Positions 50,684-64,000 are shown, numbered from the stretch's first letter. The stretch is DNA of 64,000 nt from Octopus sinensis (GCF_006345805.1 NC_043001.1:15624001-15688000), one strand, 5' to 3'. The notes: generated by a model from the sequence alone, not told the origin. Translations and numbers: made by a program.

Positions 50684-51744
50684 CACATGCAATATATATA
50701 TTGATTGTTGAATGACAAGAAAAAGGCGAACATATTTAAATGCGTTCCAGAATAAACATACACCTCATTTTAATGATTGCAACTAAGCTACAAGATGATG
50801 CACAAACATAAAAGCTTTGGGCACACGGCTTCTTCTAACGGCAGAAGCAACGAATGAATTTGATTACATAATTTCTCTTCTCCGGTTGCTCGACAATTAA
50901 TACCACTCTTCACTATTTGCTTAACACTTCTTTCTAAAGCATATAAGTGTATTGGGTTCTAACGACTGGTTATTAGTATCGCTATAAGCTAAGCAAAATC
51001 ATTAAATACATGTATAAGTGTGTGAGTGTGTGTGTATGTATATGTATGTGTGTGTATATATATATGTATACACACACATATATACGTATATATATCTGTC
51101 TATATAGACACATATATATATATGTATATATATATACACACACACATATATGTATATATATACACACATATATATACCTACATATATATAGATATGTATA
51201 TATATATATACACACACAAACATATATATATATGTATACACACACACACACACATACATACATATATATATATACATACATAGATGCATGCACAATATAA
51301 ACAGAGATAATGAGAGAGAAATGGTAATAGGAGGGAGGGAGAAAGTGAAGTGGGGGGGGAGAAAGAAAAAAAAGCAGAGGTTGGGGGAAGGGCAGTATCC
51401 CCTCCCCTCTTTGAACCTCCTAGATTGTTCCAGATTATTTGGACAGGGTCCAAGAGAGAAGAAATTCTTCCAGAGGCACTTTGAAAGACAACAACTAATT
51501 TTAAGTAGTTTAGCATTTTAGGTTTTGTATTGTCTTTGAATGCAGTCACCACACTCATTATCGTTTGCCATAATTACACCAAAACACTGAAAATACCTCC
51601 TGATCTTAATTAGTACAAGATTCCTTCTTTCCAGAGCAACTTATTTCATTAACAGACTTCAACTGTAAGATTCCAGAGCAAACTTGCCTAGCAGAGTTTT
51701 AAAAAATAATTTGTTCTTAAAAATTAAAAAACATATATACATAT

Positions 51745-52152
51745 AGTGGCTGTGTGGTTAGTAGCTTGCTAACCAACCACATGGTTCCGGGTTCAGTCCC
51801 ACTGCGTGGCACCTTGGGCAAGTGTCTTCTACTATAGCCTCGGGCCGACCAAAGCCTTGTGAGTGGATTTGGTAGACGGAAACTGAAAGAAGCACGTTGT
51901 ATATATGTGTATATATATATGTGTGTGTGTGTGTGTGCGTGTGCGTGTGTTTGTGTGTCTGTGTTTGTCCCCCCAACATCGCTTGACAACCGATGCTGGT
52001 GTATTTACGTCCCTGTAACTTAGCGGTTTGGCAAAAGAGACCGATAGAATAAGTACTAGGCTTACAAAGAATAAGTCCTGGGGTCGATTTGCTCGACTAA
52101 AGGCGGTGCCCCAGCATGGCCACAGTCAAATGACTGAAACAAGTAAAAGAGT
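51745..52152 (+). mobile_element. SINE family A, full length, young
   Basis: Near-consensus copy. Confidence 0.92.
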
Positions 52153-53310
52153 ACCCTATTTGAATGCAATCTGATTGACAATAATAGCAAAAGTTTACAA
52201 GTTTAATTTTTTCTTAACAAAAAAAACAAAAAAAAACACAAAATGTTGATGAAGGCCCCACCCCATCTCAACACTGTGTTTCTCTTGATGAACCCTAAAA
52301 CCTAATACCATCAGGTATGCAAAACTTCTGATTACTAGCACTTGCATCAATAGGCCAGCAGTTCACAAACCTCTATTTTTTCCCCTAAAAACTTAAAAAG
52401 AAAAACAAAAAACAACAAATAAAAGAAAAAACAAAAACAAAAACAACAATGAAAAGAAAAACTGCTGATGATGAAATAAATATATTTTTATTTTTGTTTT
52501 AGTTTCTGCTTTTATCAGTTCGAAGAAAAAAGAGCAGAATTCAACCAACCATGATCTTTGGCAGGGATTCAGAAATGGTTAGGAGGACGTTAGCATTGGA
52601 CTAGACACTTAACGCTTGTAATGAAGTGGGGCCCACTAGAGATCCTTAGTATTAGGTGGAGATGATATTAAACCAGATGATAGATGGGGTCGATTGAGAC
52701 TGGGAGCCTATTTTTTGTATCTATCCTAGTTAATTTCACAAGGCACTGCCCAAATTGTTGTTATTGTAGAGAATATGGTAGAATATGTGTGTGTGTGTAT
52801 ATAAATCCTTAAAAATGTTTTAGCCCGAAGGCCGCGGCCATGCTGGGGCACCACCGCTGTATGTATAATATATAAATATATATACAAAATTGATAAAAGG
52901 TGTTTTTTTTTCTAACTTATATATAAAAGAATATATACATTCTTTTATTTGTTTCAGTCATTTCACTGGCCATTCTGGAGCACCGCTTTTCGTTGAGCAA
53001 ATTAACCCCAAAATTTCTTTGTAAGCCTAGTACTTATTCTGCCGGTCTCTTTTCCCGAATCGCTAAGTTGCAGGGATGTGAATGCAACAGCATCGGTTGT
53101 CAAGCGATGTGGGTGGGGTGCGGTGGGGAGACAAACACAAAAACACTAACATATACATATATGTATATATACAATAGGTTACTTTCAGTTTCCATCTACC
53201 AAATCCACTCACACGGTTTTGGTCAGACCAAGGCTATAGTAGAATACACTTGTCCAAGGTGCCACGCAGTGGGACTGAACACGGAAGCATAGATATATAT
53301 ATACATATAT

Positions 53311-53390
<80 letters not shown>

Positions 53391-54256
53391 TATATATTAT
53401 ATTAAATTAGAGATAAAACCACTATTAGGCAAATCATACAATGAAAAACTTAAGCCAATACATAAGATTAATTAATTTATATTTTAAATATATATCAAAA
53501 TTATTAAAAAAAGATAATAAGTATAACACTACGATCGTTTCATGGCTGTCCAATTCGTAAAAATTCGAGTTACAGTCAATCTTCAGGTGATTGAAATATT
53601 TATCTTAGTGAGGTATTTATATATATATATATATATTATATATACATACACACATTTACATATACATGCATGTATAAATACATCATTTCTAAGTCTTCAG
53701 TTGGTTACTGGTTAAACTAATTAGAAGCTAATGTTCTGGATGATCAATCATATCAATAAAGGAACAAAAAAAAACCCAAAAAACCATACAAAACAAATAA
53801 ATATTAAATAAAATAATTAATTACCTCAGACATGAAAATAAAGATGCAAGACTGCATTGGTCACACACACACACACACACACACATTATATATTATATTT
53901 TATACCAACAAATAACTAATGAAGTAGTAGAAATGATTCACATAATTGCTAACGATCATTAAACCTGGCTCGTTAAATGTTATATAAGTTAATGACAATT
54001 AATGATGTGTCAAATGAAAAGGGTGGCCATTTTGCTTGTTTTCATTGTTATAATCTTCCATGTATCTTTCTTTTTTTTTTCTTTTACTTGTTTTAGTCAT
54101 ATTGGATTGTGGCCATGCTGGGGCCCCACATTGAAGAATTGTTTCTAGTCAAGCAAATCAACCCCCAGTACTTGTTTTATTGATGTCTTTGGTTGAACTG
54201 CTAAGTTACATGGATGTCAACAAACCAAACCAACTATTTTTAGCCACTAACCTACC

Positions 54257-54301
<45 letters not shown>

Positions 54302-55194
54302 GGTTCAAATTTCGGCAAAAGATCAACAATATTCTAGGAAGAGAAGACAAGTCAACCTCAACTGGGTTTGAACTTGGAATGCTAAGAAATGCTAAGCCAA
54401 AGAAATGCTAAGCATTTTGTTTGATGCACCAATGTTTCTGCAATCTCACTGCAGGCATAGTGTGAGTGGTAAGAAGCCTGTTTCCCAACTACATGGCTCC
54501 AGGTTCAGTCCCACTGTGTGGCACCTCGGGCAGATGCTTTTTTAGTATGGCCTTAGACCGACCAAAGCCTTGGGAGTGGATTTCGTAGAGGGAAAACTGA
54601 AAGAAGCCCGTCGTATACATATATATGCGTGTGCATGTGTATGTCTATTTGCCCACCATCACCACTGCTTGACAAGTTACGGGAATCCTCCCCGTAACTT
54701 AGCGGTTCGGCAAAAGAGACTGATAGAATAAGTACTAGGTTTAAAAAAAAATAAGTCTTAGGGGCGATTTGTTCGACTAAAACCCTTCACGGCAGTGCCC
54801 CAGCATGGCCACAGTCAAATGACTGAAACAAATAAAAGACACGAGATAAGAGGGACAGATGTCTTTGAATTCCTGTGCTACAGTTGCCGTCCACCCGTGC
54901 CACTCCCTAGAGGTATGCTCCGTGCATTAGAATTTGAAATGGTTGCTATCGTCTGATTATTATTACATCAGAATGTGAACTTACTTGTATGATCTGATTA
55001 ATATGTATCATAGTTTTAAATGAGTCACAATTTTACAGACCTTTGTTGCTAGTTATACAAGTCTTTTTATTTGGAGCAAGGTCCTTCCTTCCTTTGGCAG
55101 CTGTTTACTTTACAAATGTGGCTGATGATGTTATTGTCATCAAAGACAAGTTTTGCTCCTTTCATCTAACGAACAAAATGTCTTTGTAATTTCA

Positions 55195-55228
<34 letters not shown>

Positions 55229-55276
55229 CATACACATTTATGCACAAGCGTGTGTGTAGATTATATACAGATAAAG

Positions 55277-55694
55277 GGCGGCGAGCTGGCAGAAACGTTA
55301 GCGCGCCGGGCGAAATGCTTAGCGGTATTTCGTCTGCGGCTACGTTCTGAGTTCAAATTCCGCCGAGGTCGACTTTGCCTTTCATCCTTTCGGGGTCGAT
55401 AAATTAAGTACCAGTTACGCACTGGGGTCGATGTAATCGACTTAATCCCTTTGTCTGTCCTTGTTTGTCCCCTCTATGTTTAGCCCCTAGTGGGTAATAA
55501 AGAAATAGGTATTTCGTCTGTCGTGACGTTCTGAGTTCAAATTCCGCCAAGGTCGACTTTGCCTTTCATCCTTTCGGGGTCGATAAATTAAGTACCAGTT
55601 ACACACTGGAGTCGATGTAATCGACTTAATCCCTTTGTCTGTCCTTGTTTGTCCCCTCTGCGTTTTAGTCCCTTGTGGGTAGTAAAGAAATATA
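55277..55694 (+). mobile_element. SINE family B dimer inside one 15-bp TSD
   Basis: tatatacagataaag at 55262-55276 and 55695-55709. Internal junction aaagaaata|ggtatttcgtctg. Confidence 0.92.
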
Positions 55695-55926
55695 TATATA
55701 CAGATAAAGAAATACATGCATACATACATACACATATGCAAACATCTCTACACACATACATGCATAGCTTTTATATACATGTGTGTGTAAGCATAAAAAT
55801 ATACACGCATACACACACAATGGAGGAGGTGGTAGGAATAATAGGAAACCCCCACGAGTAAATAATAAAACAGAACTTCTACAGTTTGGCTACACAAATA
55901 CAATGAGATCGATCTCTTTCAGTCGA

Positions 55927-55990
55927 TTTTTACCAATCGGTTTCGATCACAAAAGTTTGAGAAAACAGATCTTGATACTCGTCAGAAAGG
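55927..55990 (-). ncRNA. Solo type I hammerhead-like fold
   Basis: - strand: CTTT-CTGACGA-G(T)ATCA...TGATC-GAAA-CC(GATT)GG-TA-AAA. Core, stem III and GUA site are intact; stem I is only 3 A-U pairs. Confidence 0.55.
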
Positions 55991-56981
55991 TTGGGTACTT
56001 TTCCTCGGCAAGATTAGTTTTCCAAAATTCGTGTATATACATCTGCACACAACCTGTATATATTTATAACATGCGCGCTGTGTGCACGTATATTATATGC
56101 ATATCGCACGCGCGCACCATATTAATTATAAGTTTTTGGTTATCAGAAATGAAATGGCTTAGTATAAGAACCTGGTCACGCACCATAAAGAGGTCCAGTG
56201 TTTGATTGAATCACTCAATATTTAGTTGGGCTTTAAAAAATTTTTCCCCCCAACAAATCCCTCAAGACAAAAATAGCAATAAAAAAGCGTACAGCGAACG
56301 AGGGAGCCACTATATAAAGTCTTATAAGCTGCTAGAAATTATAGTCAAATTTTTCTCCAACCACACATCCTACTGTTTTGAAAAGAAGTACATTCAACGA
56401 TATATATATATAATCTGGTTAATCAGCGAACTAGAAGTACAAAAGCATATGGGTATGCAATGAATGCCTTTCGTCATAGGGTTGGCTGGATTAGGTCTAT
56501 CTTAGGTAACGATGATCACAACATGATCAGGTATTCTACAAATACTGCAATCCACATGGCTAATAATATTAACCTGTGCCTATACGTCACATATGAGAAG
56601 CGGGACTTGTATCCCTGGTGTTCAACGGGCTTCATATGATGCAAATATCGTTTTTTTATCAACGACTAGAAGAACACGGGACTTATGGGGAAAAAAGGCT
56701 TGGTATTACTCGACGTATCAAACAAGGGCTAACTAAAAGTTTGAAAACAAGCATGGACGTTTAGGACAAACATTTGAAAATGCTTTGGACAGACAAAGGG
56801 TTAATTAATAATACTAACAGCGATAATATGAGGCTGGTAATGTATGTGAGTGTGTTAGATAATTTGCATGTAGAATCAACACGGCTGAGGGATAAAAGGT
56901 AACGCAGTGGAAATTTCCCCTATAGGAAATCTCTCTCTATGGAAATATCCCCTATAGGAAGTCTCCCTATAGGGAGCTGAA

Positions 56982-57215
56982 AGGCGGCGAGCTGGCAGAA
57001 ACGTTAGCACGCCGGGCGAAATGTGTAGCCGTTATTTCTCGTCTGCCGTTACGTTCTGAGTTCAAATTCAGCCGAGGTCGACTTTGCCTCTCATCCTTTC
57101 GGGGTCGATAAATAAAGTACCAGTTTCACACTGGGGTCGATGTAATCGACTTAATCCCTTTGTCTGTCCTTGTTTGTCCCCTTTATGTTTAGCCTCTTGT
57201 GGGCAATAAAGAAAT
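56982..57215 (+). mobile_element. SINE family B monomer
   Basis: Intact copy with short flanking duplication ggagctga. Confidence 0.9.
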
Positions 57216-58512
57216 ATATATATAAAATACGGAGCTGAGAAACTTCGATCAATTGATATAGAAATTAGTAACGCAGAGATAGAGAAAACCCTCCAGTGTT
57301 TAAAAGAAAAACAATCTAAAAGCAACAAAATAGAATGACTCTAATAACGATTTGTAACTGGACAAATATTACCGTAGCGGGAAACGGGGTTTTTTGAATC
57401 CGGTTAACGGTCATAGACACGCCATCGCCATCACCGCCACTACATCAAATGTCAAACAGTAATGTATCTATTGAAGGTATATCTCGGGTCATATCAGTAT
57501 CAAAACAAAAAATACGAGAGAACCCTAATGAAGATTTAGTATTTAGTATTTAAATTTATGGCCAATGAGAGACGACCAGTCTCTGTTGCGTTTTCCACGG
57601 AATTTGATGATTTCATTGGAGAAAAAAAAAAAGATGCCGTATACACACGTAGTGACCATGTTGATCGTGCAAATCTGCACGTAGAAATCAGAGCATGGGT
57701 CTGAAAACAGTTTTCTCTCTATTTCTCTGTCTGTCCGTTTATCTATCTCACACACATCTACAAAATACCTAATCAACAACACACCAACTCACATTCATTT
57801 ACCAAGATTGCGTTGAGCTGCTGAGAGAGGTCTCCTCTCTGCAGTTGCTCATCTTGGCCAAATCTCTCTCAAATCCCTTAAATAAAGAAGGGAAGGACAC
57901 GGATTCAACTTAGAAATGTGAGGTATACAAGACAGGATCATTATGGTTGATATGTCCATTGATCTTAGTTTTGTTTAATGAGAGCTGAGCTGGGGTTAGT
58001 TAGCCGAGTGTTTTGCATGTAAATGTGCCAAATAATTTAAAAGGCTGTGTGTGTGTGTGTGTGTGCATATGTATGTATGTGTGTGTATATATATATATAT
58101 ACACACACATACATACATACATACACACATATATATATATATAGGATATATATCTATATCTGTTTAAATATATACGTTACTCAGGCCAATATAAATGTGT
58201 GCAAAAACTTGTATTTAATTTTATGTATATATATATATATATATATTATATATACACACATATATTGTCTGTATATATTTTTTTACGCGCTCAAATATGT
58301 AGCAATGTTTATACATACCTACTCACACACACATTTATGTATAATGCAGATAATATACATTTATACTGATACATAAACGTGAGTGTGTATAGCCATACAA
58401 ACACGCACACAACATCAAAAACCATTTCTTCCAGATCATAAATTTTCCATTATCATTCAGATACAATTCGAAGTCTGTATTTGTGTGTGTATGTTAGAGT
58501 GTGTGTGTGTGT

Positions 58513-58551
<39 letters not shown>

Positions 58552-58868
58552 CGTGCGTGTCGGGTTTGCTGTGTACGCGTGTGTATTGAAATGTCTGACT
58601 GATTACAGATTCTCCTCAAAGCCTAAGTACAAAAAGAAAAAAATCCCCCGTAATTACATCAGTATATCTCCTCTCCAGACCTCCACCCAGAGTAAAAGAA
58701 TGACCCCGTGTGTGTGTGTGTGTGTGAATATCCTTAGTAAATGTAGCTGGACTCCGCCGTCTTCTCCGCATACAGATAATAGGACAGATGAATGATGTGT
58801 GTAAAGTGTACGTGTGTATACACACACAAATGTGTGTGAATATATAGAAATATATGTATATATATATA

Positions 58869-58934
<66 letters not shown>

Positions 58935-58989
58935 GAAAAAGCTAGAAGGATAGAGACAGATCATTAATTAGCGATAGAAACAATTAGAT

Positions 58990-59101
58990 ATATATATATA
59001 GATAGACAGATATATAGATAGACAGACAGATAGATAGACAGACAGATAGATAGATAAACAGATAGATAGATAGACAGACAGATAGATAGATAGACAGATA
59101 T

Positions 59102-59133
<32 letters not shown>

Positions 59134-59174
59134 TACAGATAGATAGATAGACAGATAGATAGATAGACAGATAT

Positions 59175-59218
<44 letters not shown>

Positions 59219-59268
59219 TGATAGATAGATAGACATAGATAGATAGACAGGTAGATAGATATACAGAC

Positions 59269-59301
<33 letters not shown>

Positions 59302-59391
59302 TACAGATAGATAGATAGAAGATAGATAGATAGACAGGTAGATAGATATACAGATAGACAGAGAGATAGATAGATAGATAGATAGATATAC

Positions 59392-59447
<56 letters not shown>
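58990..59447. repeat. (GATA)n/(GACA)n tetranucleotide array
   Basis: Direct inspection. It is the source of the YLSI ORFs. Confidence 0.97.
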
Positions 59448-60081
59448 GCATACACTTATACAGGAACGAAGTTTTAGGCTAATGTTCAGTTCATGCTTCA
59501 TTGAAACTAGCTTTGATATAACCATGACCGGTTAACATTCGAAGAGAAGAGACCATTGTGCATAGAAATTAGAAAAAAAATACGCCCTCTAAGTTAAAAC
59601 ATTGTTCTGCTTTTTAAAAAGTTTGCTGAAATGGGGCAACGGCGAGTGGGCTTGCTTTTTCTTTTTTCCTTTTTCCTAACCAATATATGAAGGAATAATC
59701 AAATGTCTATATACACACACGTGCGTATGGTGTGTGTGTGTGTATATACAATAGGGTGATTGTTTTATTTATTACTCACAAGAAAAAGCTTGGGTGATAC
59801 CCAGCTGGTGAGTGTATATAATATATACATTTAGAAATGAAAATGTAGTGGCGGTTTTGTAGCTAGAACTTGAAATATGTGCCTGATAAGCGTATATTAT
59901 TATATATATTTATATTCATCTCTTGTTTTATATATATTTTTGTCCCCTAAAGATACGTATACATTGAAAAAGAAGTCCTTAGGAGCGGCGGAGTTTGAGC
60001 CATCAACCTCGGACGTATTAAATAAACGAGACATCAATTGAGTACTTTTCACCTACTTCATATTCATACGCGTGTCTAGAT

Positions 60082-60409
60082 CATGGGTTCTCGACCGTTT
60101 CTCATCTATGGAACCCTTTGGTTACCAAATAGCCATTTGGTGCTTAAAAAGTAGTTTTATAGAAACTTCTTTCAAAATTCCTATTTTGTTTTTCAAATTG
60201 TCGTTTGAACTTATTATAAAGTTAGAGAAAGAAACCTTAGCTGTTTCTCGCAATACATACCAATACATATATCTAACACAAATTTTTTCAGGGGCCCTTA
60301 AAAATACTATTTTGTGGATCTCCAATTATTTTGTCGCGTGGACTCCACACCGCCGAAAAATCTTATATGGACCCTCCGGGGCCAGATGGAGCCCGAGTGA
60401 GAACCACTG
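60082..60409 (+). mobile_element. hAT (Charlie-like) MITE
   Basis: Termini catgggttctcgac / gtgagaaccactg. 8-bp flanks gtctagat (NTCTAGAN) and gtcaaaat, 6/8 identical. Confidence 0.75.
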
Positions 60410-60688
60410 GTCAAAATTATCTATGCATCCATACGCACAAAAACAAGTGTGTGTATATATATACACACAAACACTCCTGTCACAACCTGGGACCTTGAAG
60501 ACTGCTATAATGCAAGAACGTATACTAGTCCCTTAATATTTTATATTCAATATTTCATCTTTCCAATAAGACAATCAATACTTCATTTCATTTTACTATA
60601 TATATATATATTATTTATACTATATATTCTACATTAATATTATAAAGAATATAAATAAAATATAAAAAACAGAGTTGGAATTTCTTTG

Positions 60689-60734
<46 letters not shown>

Positions 60735-61012
60735 GTATACATACTGCACGCACAATCATACATATTTTTACAATAAGAGCAGTGACAGAGTTTCGACCAG
60801 GTGGCTTTTACCGGACTGTCCAATGAAGCCGAGCAGGTCGAAACTTCGAAGTCGCTATCATTACTCTTACTCTAAAAGTATAGTATAAGTATTCTACAAA
60901 AAGTATTTAGTAACATTTCAGTTTAATGTAAGATGGTTTTTTTTTTTATCGTAACTCGACATAAAAAAAACAACCATTGCCTCAGAATAGCCGCAGTCTA
61001 ATGACTGAAACA

Positions 61013-61387
61013 AGATTGTCTGTGTATGGCAGGTTTGGCAGCCTTCAACTAACACTATATCCTCCGAGACCCTGTGGCGCAAGTTGACCAAAACTGAGAG
61101 TATGATAGAGAAAGGCTTGCTCTTCCTTCCGTAGAAGAAAAAAAATTCAAATCCGACCATGTTAACACCAAAAATTATTTACATTAAAAAGGTGCTTTTT
61201 TTCTATGAAAATCCCTATTTTTTAACGATTTTTTGACTGCTGTGTCGACATTTTTCGGTGTATTTCAACCAGAAAAATGTTCACTTAAAGAGAATAACAA
61301 GCAACATAATGCAAAATTTTTACTTTTCAAACATTCCAATTCTAAAGGGTCGAAACAAACCTGAGCAACGCCGGGCGATACTGCTAG
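61013..61387 (+). mobile_element. Non-autonomous Helitron, 5' end missing
   Basis: Same 3' terminus as the 31.5 kb element (gagcaacgccgggcgatactgCTAG|T) with a different interior. Confidence 0.75.
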
Positions 61388-61533
61388 TATATATATTAAT
61401 CAAGATTAATCAGCCGAAATTGCGAGGATGATCCGGTTCTTGACTGAAGATTGAAGGCTTCGAATGTCCAGTCCGTGTTTTTTGTATCGTCTTCTAAATG
61501 TTTTGCGTTCTTGTCCCAGTTTGTATTTTTTTT

Positions 61534-61594
<61 letters not shown>

Positions 61595-62129
61595 AAACAC
61601 ACACGTTGGTCAGTGGTGAGCTGAAAATTAAACTGCCGGATTCTAGAAATACAATACTGACCAAGTAATAAACCAGATATATTAATGAATTAATTAAAAG
61701 AATTAAACTTTAAAGCGTAAGGGATATTCGTTACAGATATGGAGATATTTACGAAAAAGGATTATTATTATTGTCATTGAGAAACGGTTTTAAAAACACT
61801 TGTTCTAGATTTCATCGTCGTTTGTTTAACACGAATGTCTTTCCTTTTTTTTTATCTTGTTCAAATCCTAACAAATCGTAAAGCTGTCATCGTGAGATAG
61901 TATTAGGTGTTTAACATAAACAAACTTATCAAAACGATTCCAATAGGCTACTGGGAATAGAATAAAGCGGTAATTGAAGAGGACAACATGTAGTGAGGTG
62001 TGTGTGTGTGTGTGTGTGTGCAGAACTGGTGTTGTTGTTATTGTTGTTGTAAAAGTATTGGCTTCAAATCAGTCCTGATAAAGCAAAGCTATAAAAGCTA
62101 CATAGGTAATCCAAGTCATAAAAATCCCG

Positions 62130-62700
62130 GTTGGATCGTTAGCCGGACAAAATGCTTAGCAGTAATTATTTAGTCCGTATTTACGTTCCGAGTTCAAATT
62201 TCTTCGAAGTCGACTTTGCCTTTCACCTTTTCGGGGTCGATTAAATAAGTACCAGTTACGCACTGGGGTCGATGTAATCGACTTAATCCATTTGTCTGTC
62301 CTTGTTTGTCCCCCCTGTGTTTAGCCCCTTGTGGGTAGTAAAGAAATAGGTATTTCGTCTGCCGTTACGTTCTGAGTTCAAATTCCGCCGAGGTCGACTT
62401 TGCCTTTCACCCTTTCGGGGTCGATTAAATAAGTACCAGTTACGCACTGAGGTCGATATAATTCACTTAATCCATTTGTCTGTCCTTGTTTGTCCCCCAC
62501 CCCCGTGTTTAGCCCCTTGTGGGTAGTAAAGAAATAGGCATTTCGTCAAATTCCGCCGAGGTCGACTTTACCTTTGATCCTTTCGGGTTTGATAAATTAA
62601 GTACCAGTGAAACACTGAGGTCGACGTAATCGACTTAACCCCTCCCCTAAAACTGTTGCCCTTCTGACAAAATTTGAATTATTATTATTATCATTATTAT
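62130..62700 (+). mobile_element. SINE family B trimer
   Basis: Three central units joined at aaagaaata|gg(t/c)atttcgtc. The last unit has a different tail. Confidence 0.88.
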
Positions 62701-62855
62701 TATCCTCAGTGGTTTTCAACCTTTTGCTGGACACCAAGCAAAAATTTAATCACTGGCGTCGAATTTCGTATACAAAAAAAGTTGAAGGAAAACCGGAGTC
62801 TTTTCTTTTGGTTTTTCCTTTCACTCTTAAAGTTTTAAAGTTAAAAATTAAGCCC

Positions 62856-63540
62856 GGCGTGCTAACGTTTCTGCCAGCTCGCCGCCTTAATAATAATCCT
62901 TTCTATTATAGACACAAGGCCCGCAATTTTAGGGGTGGGTGGGGTTAGACTCCCACCCCTACAACTTGACTGGTACTTTATTTCATTAACCCCAGAGGGA
63001 TTAAAGAAAGAGTCGACTAGCGCGGGATTTGAACTCGGAAAATTAAGCGGTGAAAGAAATACGGCAAGGTATTCTTACCTATTTCTTTACTACCCACAAG
63101 GGGCTAAACACAGAGAGGACAAACAAGGACAAACAAAGGGATTAAGTCGATTACATCGACCCCCGTGCGTAACTAATGCTTATTTAATCGACCCCGAAAG
63201 GATGAAAGGCAAAGTCGACCTCGGCGGAATTTGAACTCATAACGTAACGGCAGACGAAATACCGCTACGCATTTCGTCCGGCGTGCTAACGTTTCTGCCA
63301 GCTCGCCGCCTTAATAATAATCCTTTCTATTATAGGCACAAGGCCCGCAATTTTAGGGGTGGGTGGGGTTAGACTCCCCACCCCTACAACTTGACTGGTA
63401 CTTTATTTCATTAACCCCCAGAGGGATTAAAGAAAGAGTCGACCAGCGCGGGATTTGAACTCAGAAAATAAAGAGTTGAAAGAAATACGGCAAGGTATTC
63501 TAACCGACGTTTCAACGATTCCACAAGCTTGCTCGCTACC
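62856..63540 (-). mobile_element. Nested SINE B / B-variant complex with ~218-bp direct duplication
   Basis: 62856-63073 is repeated at 63282-63501 around a complete B copy. Confidence 0.85.
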
Positions 63541-63904
63541 TTTATAGTAATTTGCAAAAAAAAAAACCAAAAAAAAAAAAAAACCCCTGAGATTTGATAA
63601 CTTTATGGAACACCTGGAGTGGTGGCAGCACCATTATAAATAGATAAGGTCCAAAAGGTCCAAGATAGCTAAATACCTGAGAAGAACGAAATATTCCAGG
63701 AAGAATGCAAACAAAGAACTCAGCAAGTTCTTAAAGAATACACCAAGAATGCATATAAAGTGAGAGACTTCAGAAGTAAGTTTTCTTGTAAGGAATACAC
63801 AGAAATTTCAAACGTGGCGTTATTATAAGGATTAATATAGACAGAGATAAAGAGTTCTGGATATAGCATTATTGGCAGATTTCTGGGACAGTTGCTCCTT
63901 TATG

Positions 63905-64000
63905 GAAGCACTCCGTCGGTTACGACGATGAGGGTTCCGGTTGATCCGACCAACGGAACAGCCTGCTCGTGAAATTAACGTGTAAGTGGCTGTCCTTGTT
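63905..64000 (-). mobile_element. SINE family C 3' end, cut by the window edge
   Basis: gcactccgtcggttacgacgatgagggttccggttgatccg. Confidence 0.85.

Noticed and set aside
49832-54912. Short + strand exon-like segments (49832-49867 DITQVKTINGKQ; 51424-51498 IVPDYLDRVQERR...*; 52519-52577; 54884-54912)
   Set aside because: Splice sites are plausible, but there is no recognisable protein and no unique phase-consistent chain. Short open frames are common.
25077-54993. Minus-strand microexon set (25077-25103, 37104-37121, 41203-41211, 54985-54993), all multiples of 9 nt with GTGAGT/GTAAGT donors
   Set aside because: About 18 such donors were noticed in unique minus-strand DNA, so a handful with a nearby in-frame AG is roughly what chance predicts. 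Acceptors are weak. Junction reads would be needed.
55885-55989. 105-nt + strand exon candidate (WLHKYNEIDLFQSIFTNRFRSQKFEKTDLDTRQK)
   Set aside because: The donor is mediocre (GTTGGG), the peptide is unrecognised, and the same bases are explained by a hammerhead fold on the opposite strand. Not called as CDS.
56588-56640. Cloverleaf-like fold (CATATGA...GCTTCATATG)
   Set aside because: Arm lengths and invariant bases do not fit a tRNA, and there is no other support.
60790-60860. Hammerhead-like GAAAC-TTCGAA-GTC inside a short inverted repeat (similar motif at ~16305-16322)
   Set aside because: The CUGANGA core is absent or doubly mutated and there is no stem I; at best a relic.
63703-63778. 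Exon-like EECKQRTQQVLKEYTKNAYKVRDFR with GTAAGT donor
   Set aside because: The acceptor lacks a pyrimidine tract and the peptide is unrecognised. It could be a decayed transposon fragment.

Overview
Repeat-dense, AT-rich eukaryotic DNA. The tRNA-derived SINE families and heavy (TA)n/(CA)n/(GATA)n load point to an Octopus-type cephalopod genome; this is an inference from recognising the repeats, not a database result. No complete or nameable protein-coding gene, rRNA, intact tRNA or CRISPR array is supported, and nearly all ORFs in the supplied track are translations of microsatellites or SINEs. Supported features: dozens of copies of three tRNA-headed SINE families (called A, B and C here), an RTE-like tail repeat, two CR1/L2-group LINE 3' fragments, non-autonomous Helitron and hAT elements, Penelope-like terminal relics, tRNA-Glu pseudogenes, and several tandem and inverted repeats. 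Weak splice and promoter signals plus a CpG-depleted domain (~26-54.5 kb) suggest the window is mostly intron of a large, probably + strand gene. The standout is an ~835 bp element at 35938-36772 made of two ~300 bp direct repeats 534 nt apart, each carrying a type I hammerhead ribozyme fold. This is a retrozyme-like (circular RNA template) architecture. A second, solo hammerhead-like fold lies on the - strand at ~55.93-55.99 kb.
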